A DNA stretch of 24,000 nt from Candidatus Dojkabacteria bacterium (GCA_003554185.1 PWFU01000101.1:19393-43392), one strand, 5' to 3'; shown: positions 8,095 to 16,975, counted from the first letter of the stretch. The notes: generated from the letters alone by a model not told the origin. Numbers and translations: made by a program.

Positions 8095-9204
8095 ATGTCT
8101 AACTTTGTTTCGAGTCAAGTTGTATTGGAAGGCCATCCTGATAGAGTTTGTGATATTTTGGTTGATGCGGTTCTGGATCAATATATATGTGAAGATAGTG
8201 CGGTGAGTGTGGATATTGGAGCGATGTTGACTAAAGATAAGGTTATCTTAGCCGGTGAAGTTAGTAGCAAGCCCAAGTTTTCTGTTAATGAGATAGTTCG
8301 TGATACTCTAAAATTGGTTGGATATACAAGAGAGGAATATGGGCTAGACGGTTACAAAGTTAATGTGGAGACATATTTTAAAAAACAATCTCAAGATATT
8401 ATTCGGGGAGTTAGTGCAAACAAAGATAAAGGCCAGGGAGCTGGAGATATTGCTACGGTTTATGGTTTTGCTATAAATGAAGAAAATTATATCCCTTTGT
8501 CTCTAAATATAGCGTGGAAAATTGCTCAAAGAATCAAGGAGGTAAGATTAGCTGAAATAATTGATGGTATAGGTATTGATGGTAAAGTGCAGGTAATTGC
8601 AGAGTATGAGGATGATAATCCCAAGAGAGTAGATACTATAGTTTTAGCGATTCAACATTTAGCAGAAGTTGATGAAGAATGGCTTAGAATGGAAATTATT
8701 CAGAATATAATCAACCCTGTTTGTAAGGGATATTTAGATGCTAATAGTAAGATTTTGATAAATACAGCAGGACGCTTTAATCTTGGTGGCCCTCTTGTGG
8801 AGTTGGGGATGTCTGGTCATAAAATGGAAATGTATACTTACGGCGGTTTTTCTAGATTTGGTGAAAATACGTTTTCAGGTAAAGACCCTTTCAAAATAGA
8901 TAGAACGGGCTCTCTTATAGCAAGAAAAGCTGCTAGATACATCGTAGAGCAAGGTATGGCAGAAAAGTGTGAAGTAATGATTAGCTATTCTATTGGATTA
9001 ATTGAACCTATACTAATAGATGTTGATACTTACGAGACCAGTTCGTATGAAAAAAATGAATTAATTAATATGCTATATGAAAACTTTTCTTTTAATACTT
9101 CTGATATTGTAGAGGATTTAGATCTTCTGAGACCTATTTATGCCGATTTGTCGATAAACGGACATTTTGGAAGGGATGATTTGTTATGGGAAAGCATGAT
9201 ATAA
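8095..9204 (+). CDS. metK: S-adenosylmethionine synthetase family protein (divergent MetK)
   Basis: 369 aa. It has the EGHPDRVCD N-terminal motif, DGKVQV, and FSGKDPFKIDRTGS...AR..A. Overall it is collinear with bacterial MetK, but several signature motifs are substituted (see findings). Confidence 0.8.
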   Translation: MSNFVSSQVVLEGHPDRVCDILVDAVLDQYICEDSAVSVDIGAMLTKDKVILAGEVSSKPKFSVNEIVRDTLKLVGYTREEYGLDGYKVNVETYFKKQSQDIIRGVSANKDKGQGAGDIATVYGFAINEENYIPLSLNIAWKIAQRIKEVRLAEIIDGIGIDGKVQVIAEYEDDNPKRVDTIVLAIQHLAEVDEEWLRMEIIQNIINPVCKGYLDANSKILINTAGRFNLGGPLVELGMSGHKMEMYTYGGFSRFGENTFSGKDPFKIDRTGSLIARKAARYIVEQGMAEKCEVMISYSIGLIEPILIDVDTYETSSYEKNELINMLYENFSFNTSDIVEDLDLLRPIYADLSINGHFGRDDLLWESMI

Positions 9205-9214
9205 TATGGTACTA

Positions 9215-9536
9215 GGTGGTAAGTATTCTAAGTGGTTGCTTGGAACTTTAAAAGTTTCAAGAGGAAAGTCCGGACTCCACGTCCGCCTCAAACATTATTG
9301 AGGTAGGTGCCAACGAAAGTTGGGGGGGAGTAATCTTCCGGATAAAAGGGCAACAGAAAGTTATACCGCCGGTTTTTGAAGAAAAATCGGTAAGGGTGAA
9401 ATGGTAGTGTAAGAGACTACCGGTCTGCTGGGTAACTGGTAGATGCGTGGCAACCCCCACCTGGAGCAAAGCCAGAGAGCTGCAAAGATAAATAACCACT
9501 GTTATACAGAATCCGGCTTATTGAATGCTTACCACC
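9215..9536 (+). ncRNA. rnpB: RNase P RNA, bacterial type A
   Basis: Universal conserved regions are present: gaggaaagtccgg (CR-I/P4 5' strand), taagggtgaaa, gtaagag, and acagaatccggctta (P4 3' strand). P1 is 14 bp (ggtggtaagtattc / gaatgcttaccacc). P2 is agtggtt/aaccact. P3 is the hairpin cttggaacttt-aaa-agtttcaag. The 80-aa minus-strand ORF here is spurious. Confidence 0.9.
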
Positions 9537-10444
9537 TTTGTTCCCTTTAGAAACTCCGACGTATTCATAGCCTTCTTGCCTTCCACCTGTAACTTTTTAA
9601 CGTTGATAACTCCATCTCTAGTTCCAATGAGAAGATTTTTTTGATCGTAACCAAAATCTCCAGGACGCAGTGGCTCTTCTCTGATTATTTCCACTTCGAA
9701 AATTTTAACTTTTTTACCGTTTATTACAGTCCAGGCAACTGGCCATGGTATAAATGCTCTTACAAGACGGTCAATGTAATCTGCAGTATACTCTTTCCAA
9801 AATATTTGTGCCTTCTCTTTACTAATATCCCTTTTCCAGCAATATGTAGCTTGACTACTATTTTGCTTTATCGGTGTTATTTCATTGTTTATCCACTTCC
9901 TTAGAGTCTGAATTAACAAACTGGGGGCTTTCTTAACCAACTTCTTCCTTAAAGATTCATTTGTATCGTTAGGTAAAATGTCTATTTCTTGTTGAGCCAA
10001 TATGTCTCCTTCGTCTAGATTAGGCCCCATTTTTGTAATCGAGATACCTGTTTTCTTTTCTCCATCTAAAATGGCCTTTTGGATTGGTACAGCTCCTCTA
10101 TACTTTGGTAGTAATGAAAAATGTATATTAATTGCACCATATTTAGGATATTTTAGAGCAAAATTTGGTATTATTTCACCAAAAGATTTACATACAATAA
10201 GTTCTGGTTGTAAATAATCTAAAATCTCTCTGTATTTATATTCTTCATTGTTTGTATAAAATACTTCAATGTTATGATTTAAAGCATATTCTTTTACTAA
10301 GGTCTCTTTTACCTCCTTATACCTACCTATTGGTTTATCTGGTTGTGTTACTACACCTTTTACCTTGAAGTCTTTCTGAGCGTTTAAAAATTTTAATGTT
10401 TCTAGAGCCTCGAAATTTGAGCCCAGAAATAATGTTTTAATCAT
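9518..10444 (-). CDS. fmt: Methionyl-tRNA formyltransferase
   Basis: 308 aa with a formyltransferase N-domain (GAINIHFSLLPKYRGAVPIQKAILDGEKKTGISI) and an Fmt C-terminal domain. The last about 6 codons overlap the rnpB 3' end antisense. Confidence 0.9.
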   Translation of the reverse strand: MIKTLFLGSNFEALETLKFLNAQKDFKVKGVVTQPDKPIGRYKEVKETLVKEYALNHNIEVFYTNNEEYKYREILDYLQPELIVCKSFGEIIPNFALKYPKYGAINIHFSLLPKYRGAVPIQKAILDGEKKTGISITKMGPNLDEGDILAQQEIDILPNDTNESLRKKLVKKAPSLLIQTLRKWINNEITPIKQNSSQATYCWKRDISKEKAQIFWKEYTADYIDRLVRAFIPWPVAWTVINGKKVKIFEVEIIREEPLRPGDFGYDQKNLLIGTRDGVINVKKLQVEGKKAMNTSEFLKGTKVVSIQ

Positions 10445-10499
10445 AAATATTTTTCTATATAATCAGAGATAAGTATATAACATTATACCAATAATATTA

Positions 10500-11498
10500 A
10501 TGAAGAATATAGTTGTTACAGGTGGTGGTGGATATATAGGTTCACATATGGTTTTTGATTTATTGCAGAGGGGTTATCGCGTTTTTGTTATTGACAATTT
10601 TTCTACTTCAACTCGTGAAAGATTGGAGAAAATTCAGAAGCATACAGATAAGAAGTTGCAAATTATAGAGCATAGCTTAATGGATAATTTAGATGATATA
10701 AAGATTAGGTGTGAAATTGACGGACTTATACATTTTGCAGCTTACAAATCAGTCCCAGAATCTTTTGAAAAGCCAGACGAATATTATCAAAATAATGTTT
10801 GTGGTACTGCTAAGCTATTAGAATGGGCAGTTAATCATAATGTAAAAAAGTTTGTCTATTCTTCTTCTTCTGCTGTTTATGGTGATACTGAAAATGTTCC
10901 GATAGTAGAGAGTGAAAGTACTAATCCAATCTCTCCTTATGCAAAATCTAAATTATTTACTGAAAACATCTTGAAAGATGTTTGTAATACAAAGGGGGTT
11001 AATTGTGTTTCTCTAAGATATTTTAATGTTGCTGGTAACATATCTTCAGGGTTATTTGGTGACGATCTTCATTCTCCAGCTATAATCCCTTCGATTTTGA
11101 GAGCTTATTTCCAGGAAGATGTAGATTTGGAGATTTATGGGAATAATTACAATACAAAGGATGGTACTCCTGTGCGTGATTTTGTTCATATTTTGGATTT
11201 AGTAGAGGCCCATTTTAAAGCTTTGGAGTTTTTGGAATCAAATGAAGGATTTCATATCTTTAATATAGGCACGAAAGAAGGTTATAGTTTACTTGAATTA
11301 ATAGAAACTTTTGAAGAGGTTGTTGGGGAAAATTTAAAATATGAGATCAAGGAACCAAGGGAGGGTGATATCCCAATATCTATTGCAGATTCGAGCAAAG
11401 CTAAGGAATTACTTGGATGGCAACCTCAAAGGGCTCTCAGGGACATTTTTACTTCCATGCTAAAGTACTATGAAAGTCAGGGATTTCGGAAAGAATAA
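10500..11498 (+). CDS. galE: UDP-glucose 4-epimerase (SDR family)
   Basis: 332 aa with Rossmann motif TGGGGYIGSH, catalytic SPYAKSK (YxxxK), LRYFNVAG and RDFVHILDL. Confidence 0.85.
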   Translation: MKNIVVTGGGGYIGSHMVFDLLQRGYRVFVIDNFSTSTRERLEKIQKHTDKKLQIIEHSLMDNLDDIKIRCEIDGLIHFAAYKSVPESFEKPDEYYQNNVCGTAKLLEWAVNHNVKKFVYSSSSAVYGDTENVPIVESESTNPISPYAKSKLFTENILKDVCNTKGVNCVSLRYFNVAGNISSGLFGDDLHSPAIIPSILRAYFQEDVDLEIYGNNYNTKDGTPVRDFVHILDLVEAHFKALEFLESNEGFHIFNIGTKEGYSLLELIETFEEVVGENLKYEIKEPREGDIPISIADSSKAKELLGWQPQRALRDIFTSMLKYYESQGFRKE

Positions 11499-12486
11499 TA
11501 TCTTCCTTCCAGATGCTACCAAAGGGGCTATTAAATTTTTGACAACCCAGCAGCTCAAATCTACTGGTATCCAGGGTATAGTGGTTAATACATTGCATCT
11601 GCTTATAAATCTTGGGGTGGATAAATTAGAAGCTTTGCAAGGAATCAAAAATATTATGAATTGGAATGGGTATGTTGTAAGGGATTCTGGTGGTTTTCAG
11701 GTGTATTCGTTAATTCATTCAGGGAAATGGAAAGGTAAAATACATAAAAATGGAGTAACATTTAAAGCTCCTGTGGATGGTAAACAATATGATTTGACTC
11801 CAGAAGCTTCAATAGATATTCAATTAGCTATAGGAGCAGATGTTTTAGTTTGTTTAGATGATTGTAGGTTTACAGATATTTCTAAAAAAGAAGCTAAAAT
11901 ATCGGTAGATAGGACTCTTAGGTGGGCTGTAAGATGTAAGGAACATTTTGAGAAAAGAAAGGTAGATTATCCTCAAAAATTATTAAGTTGTGTTGTACAA
12001 GGTGCAGGCTATTTAGATTTACGTGAAGAATGTACCAAACAACTTGTAGATATGGACTTTGATGGATACAATTTTGGGGGTTATGTCATCGATGGGGGAG
12101 GGAATTTAGTTGTGAATGAATTGGAAACTGTTGTGCAATACTTACCGAAGGATAAGTTTCGTTATGTTATGGGAGCAGGGAAACCTGAAGATATACGCAA
12201 ATGTGTGAATATGGGATATACAGTATTTGATACTGTCCTTACTACAAGAAATGCTAGACATGGAAGCCTTTATTCTTTTGATGAAGAGAATTATCTTTTG
12301 AAAATAACTAATGCAAAATATGCTTATGATCAAAATCCTTTGGATTCTACTTGTGATTGTGAAGCTTGTGTTAACTATTCTAGGGCATATATAAATTATT
12401 TGTTGAAAATAAAGGAACCAACAGGATATACTCTAGCAACGATTCATAATCTTAGGTTTTATCAAAGGTTTGTTGAGGGTCTTTAA
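11470..12486 (+). CDS. tgt: tRNA-guanine transglycosylase family protein (compact, atypical substrate loop)
   Basis: 338 aa, gap-free alignable to bacterial Tgt: RDSGGFQVYSL (Asp102 equivalent), LDDC, VVQG, MGAGKPED, VFDTVLTTRNARHG (nucleophile Asp), and zinc site CDCEAC...IHNL. The start overlaps galE by 29 nt. Confidence 0.8.
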   Translation: MKVRDFGKNNIFLPDATKGAIKFLTTQQLKSTGIQGIVVNTLHLLINLGVDKLEALQGIKNIMNWNGYVVRDSGGFQVYSLIHSGKWKGKIHKNGVTFKAPVDGKQYDLTPEASIDIQLAIGADVLVCLDDCRFTDISKKEAKISVDRTLRWAVRCKEHFEKRKVDYPQKLLSCVVQGAGYLDLREECTKQLVDMDFDGYNFGGYVIDGGGNLVVNELETVVQYLPKDKFRYVMGAGKPEDIRKCVNMGYTVFDTVLTTRNARHGSLYSFDEENYLLKITNAKYAYDQNPLDSTCDCEACVNYSRAYINYLLKIKEPTGYTLATIHNLRFYQRFVEGL

Positions 12487-12509
12487 AATATTTTTTTAAA
12501 AGAGATTTT

Positions 12510-13892
12510 ATGTCAGACAAACAGAACAATACTATGGAGAAAATAGTCTCCTTATGTAAAAGAAGAGGCTTTATTTTCCCGTGTTCGGAGATTTATGGTG
12601 GTTTAGCTAATTCATATAGTTATGGTCCATATGGGACTGCGTTGAAAAATAATATTGAGAAATTATGGTGGAGAAAATTTGTTGAGAACAGGGAAGATAT
12701 GGTTGGTATGGATGGACCAATAATTTTACATCCCAAAGTTTGGGAGGCTTCTGGTCATACGGAAGGTTTTAATGATGCAATGGTAGATTGTAAGGCTTGT
12801 AAATATCGTTTTAGGGTTGATCACTTAATCCAAGAGGCTATTGGAGAAGATATGGAAGGGGATTTGGATGGAATGAACAAAAAATTACAAGAAGAAGAGA
12901 TTAAGTGTCCTCAATGTGGTAAGAAGGATTGGACTGATATTCGTGAAATAAATATGATGTTTAAGACTCAGATGAATGGATTTGATGGGGAAGTCTATTT
13001 AAGACCTGAGACTGCTGGAGCAATTTTTTTGGATTTTAAAAATATCATAGATTCTCTGCGTGTTAAAGTCCCATTTGGTATAGCTCAAACAGGTAAAGCT
13101 TTTCGTAATGAGATTGTCGCTAAGAGCTTTATTTTCAGAGTAAGGGAATTTGAACAAATGGAAATTGAATATTTTATACATCCCGAAGCTGATTGGGAGA
13201 GTATTTTTGAAGAATGGCTTAAAAAACAAGAGGAATTTGCGCAATCTCTAGGAGCAAAAAAAGAAGATTTGCGAAGATATGAACATCCTGAATCTAAATT
13301 ATCACATTATTCAAAGAAAACAGTTGATGTTGAGTATAATTATCCTTTTGGTGGTTTTGATGAACTATTTGGTTTAGCACATAGAGGGGATTTCGATTTG
13401 ACTCAACATGCTAAGTATTCAAAGAAAGATCTTTCATATACTGACCCTTTTTCAGGAGAAAAATATGTACCACATGTAATTGAGCCTACATTTGGTTTGG
13501 ATAGGTGTGTTTTAACATCACTCTGTGCAGCCTATACCGAAGAAGAAGTCTCAGATACATCTAGAGTAGTTTTAAAATTTCCTAGGGACCTTGCACCTGT
13601 AAAAATAGCTGTTTTTCCTCTTCTAAGGAATCGTGAAGAATTGGTAGGGAAAGCAAGAGAAGTTTTTGATATTTTAAAAGAGCATTTTGTATGTGAGTTT
13701 GATGATAACGGGAATATTGGTAAGAGGTATAGAAGACAAGATGAAATAGGGACTCCATATTGCGTCACAGTAGATTTTGACAGTTTAGATAATGATGATG
13801 TGACTATACGCGATAGAGATACTACTGAACAGAATAGAGTAAAGCTTGGAGAGTTATTGGATTACTTTAAGGATAGATTGATTAGCTTATAA
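12510..13892 (+). CDS. glyQS: Glycine--tRNA ligase (alpha2 homodimeric type)
   Basis: 460 aa with SEIYGGLANSYSYGPYG, the CKACKYRFRVDHL...CPQCG insertion, class II motifs (YLRPETAGAIF, FRNEI...FRVREFEQMEIEYF) and an anticodon-binding domain. Confidence 0.92.
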   Translation: MSDKQNNTMEKIVSLCKRRGFIFPCSEIYGGLANSYSYGPYGTALKNNIEKLWWRKFVENREDMVGMDGPIILHPKVWEASGHTEGFNDAMVDCKACKYRFRVDHLIQEAIGEDMEGDLDGMNKKLQEEEIKCPQCGKKDWTDIREINMMFKTQMNGFDGEVYLRPETAGAIFLDFKNIIDSLRVKVPFGIAQTGKAFRNEIVAKSFIFRVREFEQMEIEYFIHPEADWESIFEEWLKKQEEFAQSLGAKKEDLRRYEHPESKLSHYSKKTVDVEYNYPFGGFDELFGLAHRGDFDLTQHAKYSKKDLSYTDPFSGEKYVPHVIEPTFGLDRCVLTSLCAAYTEEEVSDTSRVVLKFPRDLAPVKIAVFPLLRNREELVGKAREVFDILKEHFVCEFDDNGNIGKRYRRQDEIGTPYCVTVDFDSLDNDDVTIRDRDTTEQNRVKLGELLDYFKDRLISL

Positions 13893-14239
13893 AATTTTTG
13901 TTTTTTCCTCTAAAAGTGTAGTATCTTTTTCTTTATGGACTTTTTCCGTCTTTTATGCTTTTTTGGTGTCGACCTGATAATTTTTCTAACTGGTAAAAAT
14001 TATACAATAATGATAAAATTGCGAAGTCCAGTAGATAGAGAGCTTGATTTTTATACGAGTGCAGAAGAAAAAAAATTAAATTGAGCTTTAATGAAAATGA
14101 ATTTGAATAAAATTAGAAGTTTAAAGTATACAGAAAGTCAACCGCTCCGAGCTGCGGAGATTCTTCGATGATTTTCTATATTTTTCTTTCAAAACATATC
14201 TTTCTACTGGTGTTTATTTAAAATTTAAGGACTGAGATT

Positions 14240-15748
14240 ATGGAAACAGTATTATATCTGTTTCTTGGCTTAGTTTTGGGTATTGCTTTGGTACTAGGTT
14301 ATTTAAAGCTGAATAATGCTAGTATATCGAGAAAAGAAATGCTTGAAGAAGCTGAAAAAGAAGCTGAAAAAACTATCCAAAAAGCCAAGGAAGAAGCTGC
14401 AAATATAAAGGAGGAAAGTGAGAAACTTTCTAAAAAAGTAAGAAAAGAATCTGCTGAGCAGGAGAATATGCTTTTGGAGAGAGAAAAAGCTATAAATAAA
14501 AGATCTAAAATGCTGGATGAAAAGTCTAGTAATCTTGAAAAGGAACAGGAATTTATTAAGCGCGTTAAAAAACAACTTGAAGATTCTCGAGTGAAATTAA
14601 AAAAGGAGCTTGAGAAAATATCCAATTTAACACGGGAGGAAGCAAAGGAAAAGCTTATGAAAGAAGTAGAGGAAGATCTAGTTGATCATAAAGCTAAGAA
14701 AATAAGGGAGACTGAGAAGGAAATCAAAGATATTGCTCAAGAAAAGGCAAAGGAGATTTTGGTTGATACGATGCAGAGCATTGAAACAGATTACGTTTCT
14801 GAAACTACTACTTCAGTTATTGAACTTGAGGATGAGGCTGTTAAAGGTAGAATTATTGGTAAAGATGGAAGGAACATTAGGTCTTTTGAAAAAGCTACAG
14901 GGGTAGATATTATAGTTGACGAAGCTCCAAATTCTATTGGTGTGTCATCTTTCGATCCTTTGAGGAGAGAAATAGCTAAAGTGGCACTTAATAAATTGAT
15001 AAAAGATGGGAGAATACATCCAGGTTCAATAGAAGAGGAAGTAAATAAAGCTAAGAAGGAGATTGCTCAAGAGATTAAGAAGAATGGTATGGCATTAGCA
15101 GAAGAGGCTGATTGGGGAGGTCTTGATCCAGGATTAATCAAGCTTATAGGGAAAATGAAATATCGATCTAGTTATGGGCAGAGCCTTATGGATCATACTA
15201 TTGAGGTAATTCGGATAGGTTCTGTTATTGCAAATAATATTGGTGCAGATACAGAACTTGTTAAAAAAGCTTGTCTTTTACACGATGTTGGAAAACTTTT
15301 AACACATAAGATTGATAAACCTCACTATGATATATCTGGGCAAATTGCGAGGAAATATGAATTGCCAGAAAATTTAGTAAATGCTATTGAAGCGCATCAT
15401 TTAGATGTAGAACCTCAATCTGTTGAAGCTATGATTGTACACATTGCTGATGCAATTTCTGGTGCTCGGCCTGGTGCTCGTAGGGATAGCTATGAATCAT
15501 ATATTAAGAGAGTTGAAGGTATAGAGAATGTTGCTAAGGAAGTTGGGAATGATAAAATTGAGGAAGTATATGCTATTCATGCAGGGAGAGAAATAAGAGT
15601 GATTGTAAAACCAGATCAAGTTTCAGATGAGGAAGCAACGGTAATGTCCAAGGATATTGCAGACAAAATTAAGGAAACCCAGACATATCCTGGAACAATT
15701 CAAGTGACGGTGATTAGAGAGAACAGGGCAGTTGATGTAGCTAATTAA
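14240..15748 (+). CDS. rny: Ribonuclease Y
   Basis: 502 aa with an N-terminal TM helix, a K/E-rich coiled coil, a KH domain (GRIIGKDGRNIRSFEKATGVDIIVD) and an HD domain (LLHDVGK...HH). ymdB follows, as in Firmicutes. Confidence 0.9.
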   Translation: METVLYLFLGLVLGIALVLGYLKLNNASISRKEMLEEAEKEAEKTIQKAKEEAANIKEESEKLSKKVRKESAEQENMLLEREKAINKRSKMLDEKSSNLEKEQEFIKRVKKQLEDSRVKLKKELEKISNLTREEAKEKLMKEVEEDLVDHKAKKIRETEKEIKDIAQEKAKEILVDTMQSIETDYVSETTTSVIELEDEAVKGRIIGKDGRNIRSFEKATGVDIIVDEAPNSIGVSSFDPLRREIAKVALNKLIKDGRIHPGSIEEEVNKAKKEIAQEIKKNGMALAEEADWGGLDPGLIKLIGKMKYRSSYGQSLMDHTIEVIRIGSVIANNIGADTELVKKACLLHDVGKLLTHKIDKPHYDISGQIARKYELPENLVNAIEAHHLDVEPQSVEAMIVHIADAISGARPGARRDSYESYIKRVEGIENVAKEVGNDKIEEVYAIHAGREIRVIVKPDQVSDEEATVMSKDIADKIKETQTYPGTIQVTVIRENRAVDVAN

Positions 15749-15769
15749 TATTTTTAAATGTTTTAAAAT

Positions 15770-16558
15770 ATGAAAATATTATTTATAGGGGATATATGTG
15801 GAAGTCCTGGCCGACAGACGGTAGGGGAGGTGTTACCCAAATTACGTAAACAAAAGGGTGTTGATCTAGTTATTGCTAATGTCGAAAACATCGCTCATGG
15901 AAAGGGAATTACGGAAAAAACTCTCAGGGAAGTGATGTCCTATGGGGTAGATTTTATGACTTCTGGGAACCACGTTTGGAAAAAACCTGGCTTTGAGGAT
16001 ATTTTGGAGAGTGATTTCCCGATAATAAGACCATTGAATTATCCGGATGATCTCCCCGGAAAAGGCTATGGTGAGGTTGATTTGGGGAAGAAAGGGAAAT
16101 TGTTGATTTTGAACCTTTTAGGTTGGGGGGGGATGAACGAAAGAACGATAAGTGAGCCTTTTAGAGAGATAGATGCGTTTCTTCGATCCATAAACCCTAA
16201 GGACTATAGTGGTATTCTATTGGATATTCATGCTGAGTCTACTGCAGAGAAAGTATCTATGGGAGCCTACTTGGATGGGAGAGTAAGTTCTATTATTGGG
16301 ACACATACACATATACCTACAGCAGATGAAAGGATCTTACCCAAGGGCAGTACATATATTACCGATGTTGGCATGACTGGCCCATTAAACTCTGTTTTAT
16401 GGGTAGATTCAGACATCATAATTCAGCAAAATATGTACCCCTATTCTCCTTCCTATGAAATTGTGGAAGATGGACCGATGAGGTTTGATTCGGTAATTTT
16501 AGAAGTTGAAAATCCTTGCAAGGGGCAAAAAATAGAACGTCTTAACAAAATCCTATAA
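15770..16558 (+). CDS. ymdB: YmdB-family metallophosphoesterase (2',3'-cyclic-nucleotide phosphodiesterase-like)
   Basis: 262 aa, MKILFIGDICGSPGR..., NVENIAHGKG, TSGNH, DIHAE and GTHTH calcineurin-like motifs. Conserved rny-ymdB synteny. Confidence 0.85.
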   Translation: MKILFIGDICGSPGRQTVGEVLPKLRKQKGVDLVIANVENIAHGKGITEKTLREVMSYGVDFMTSGNHVWKKPGFEDILESDFPIIRPLNYPDDLPGKGYGEVDLGKKGKLLILNLLGWGGMNERTISEPFREIDAFLRSINPKDYSGILLDIHAESTAEKVSMGAYLDGRVSSIIGTHTHIPTADERILPKGSTYITDVGMTGPLNSVLWVDSDIIIQQNMYPYSPSYEIVEDGPMRFDSVILEVENPCKGQKIERLNKIL

Positions 16559-16570
16559 GATTGAGGTATA

Positions 16571-16610
16571 TTGACTTTTTGCAAAAATCCTTTAAACTTA
16601 CAGCTAGAAT
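16571..16610 (+). promoter_or_regulatory. Candidate hup promoter region
   Basis: -35 ttgact (16571-16576), with a weak -10 taaact after a 16-nt spacer. A better -10, tagaat (16605-16610), lacks a good -35. The exact elements are ambiguous. Confidence 0.3.
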
Positions 16611-16648
16611 TTTGTTTGTCTTTTGATAGCAAAGTTCTATCCCTAAAG

Positions 16649-16656
16649 AAAGGAGG
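16649..16656 (+). promoter_or_regulatory. Strong Shine-Dalgarno site for hup
   Basis: aaaggagg lies 6 nt upstream of ATG 16663. It is the clearest canonical SD in the window. Confidence 0.7.
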
Positions 16657-16662
16657 CACACT

Positions 16663-16935
16663 ATGTTAAAGAAAGAAATCATTAACAGAGTAGCAGAGGA
16701 TGCAGGTCTTACTAAGAAGCAAGCTTCTGCTGCAGTTGACTCTTTCTTGGATGCTATAGAAGGATCACTCGCTAGAGGTGATTCTGTTCTCCTAACAGGT
16801 TTTGGTAAGTTTGAAGTAAGGACAAGGGGCTCTAGGGAAGGTATTAATCCAAGAACTAAGCAGAAGATTACCTTACCAGAATCTAAGTACCCAGCATTTA
16901 AAGCTGGAAAAGCACTCAAGGAAAAAGTTAAGTAA
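16663..16935 (+). CDS. hup: DNA-binding protein HU
   Basis: 90 aa with LTKKQASAAVDSFLDAI, GFGKFEVRTR..REGINPRT...I..P....PAFKAGKALK. Confidence 0.92.
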   Translation: MLKKEIINRVAEDAGLTKKQASAAVDSFLDAIEGSLARGDSVLLTGFGKFEVRTRGSREGINPRTKQKITLPESKYPAFKAGKALKEKVK

Positions 16936-16975
16936 GCTGCCGGTATTTCTCTTAAGATAAGAGAATCAAACAAAG

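Noticed and set aside
9257-9499. 80-aa minus-strand ORF from the ORF track
   Set aside because: It lies entirely within the RNase P RNA gene on the opposite strand. It has no start context, and its composition is dictated by the structured RNA.
14010-14171. Two short ATG ORFs (24 and 26 codons) in the glyQS-rny spacer
   Set aside because: They have no SD, no promoter placement and no conservation evidence available. ORFs of this length are expected by chance in AT-rich DNA.
14299-14625. Two overlapping minus-strand ORFs (108 aa and 90 aa)
   Set aside because: They are antisense to the K/E-rich coiled-coil region of rny. They are open only because purine-rich sense codons lack antisense stops.
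16577-16588. Perfect 12-nt palindrome tttttgcaaaaa in the hup promoter; its ttgcaaaaat core also occurs in the adk-infA spacer (3280-3289), a possible shared operator
   Set aside because: The same 10-mer also occurs inside the serS coding sequence (near 22518). In an AT-rich genome this recurrence is compatible with chance, so there is no support for a regulon motif.
16542-16973. 143-aa minus-strand ORF
   Set aside because: It is antisense to the strongly supported hup gene, its SD and its terminator. No recognisable protein features.
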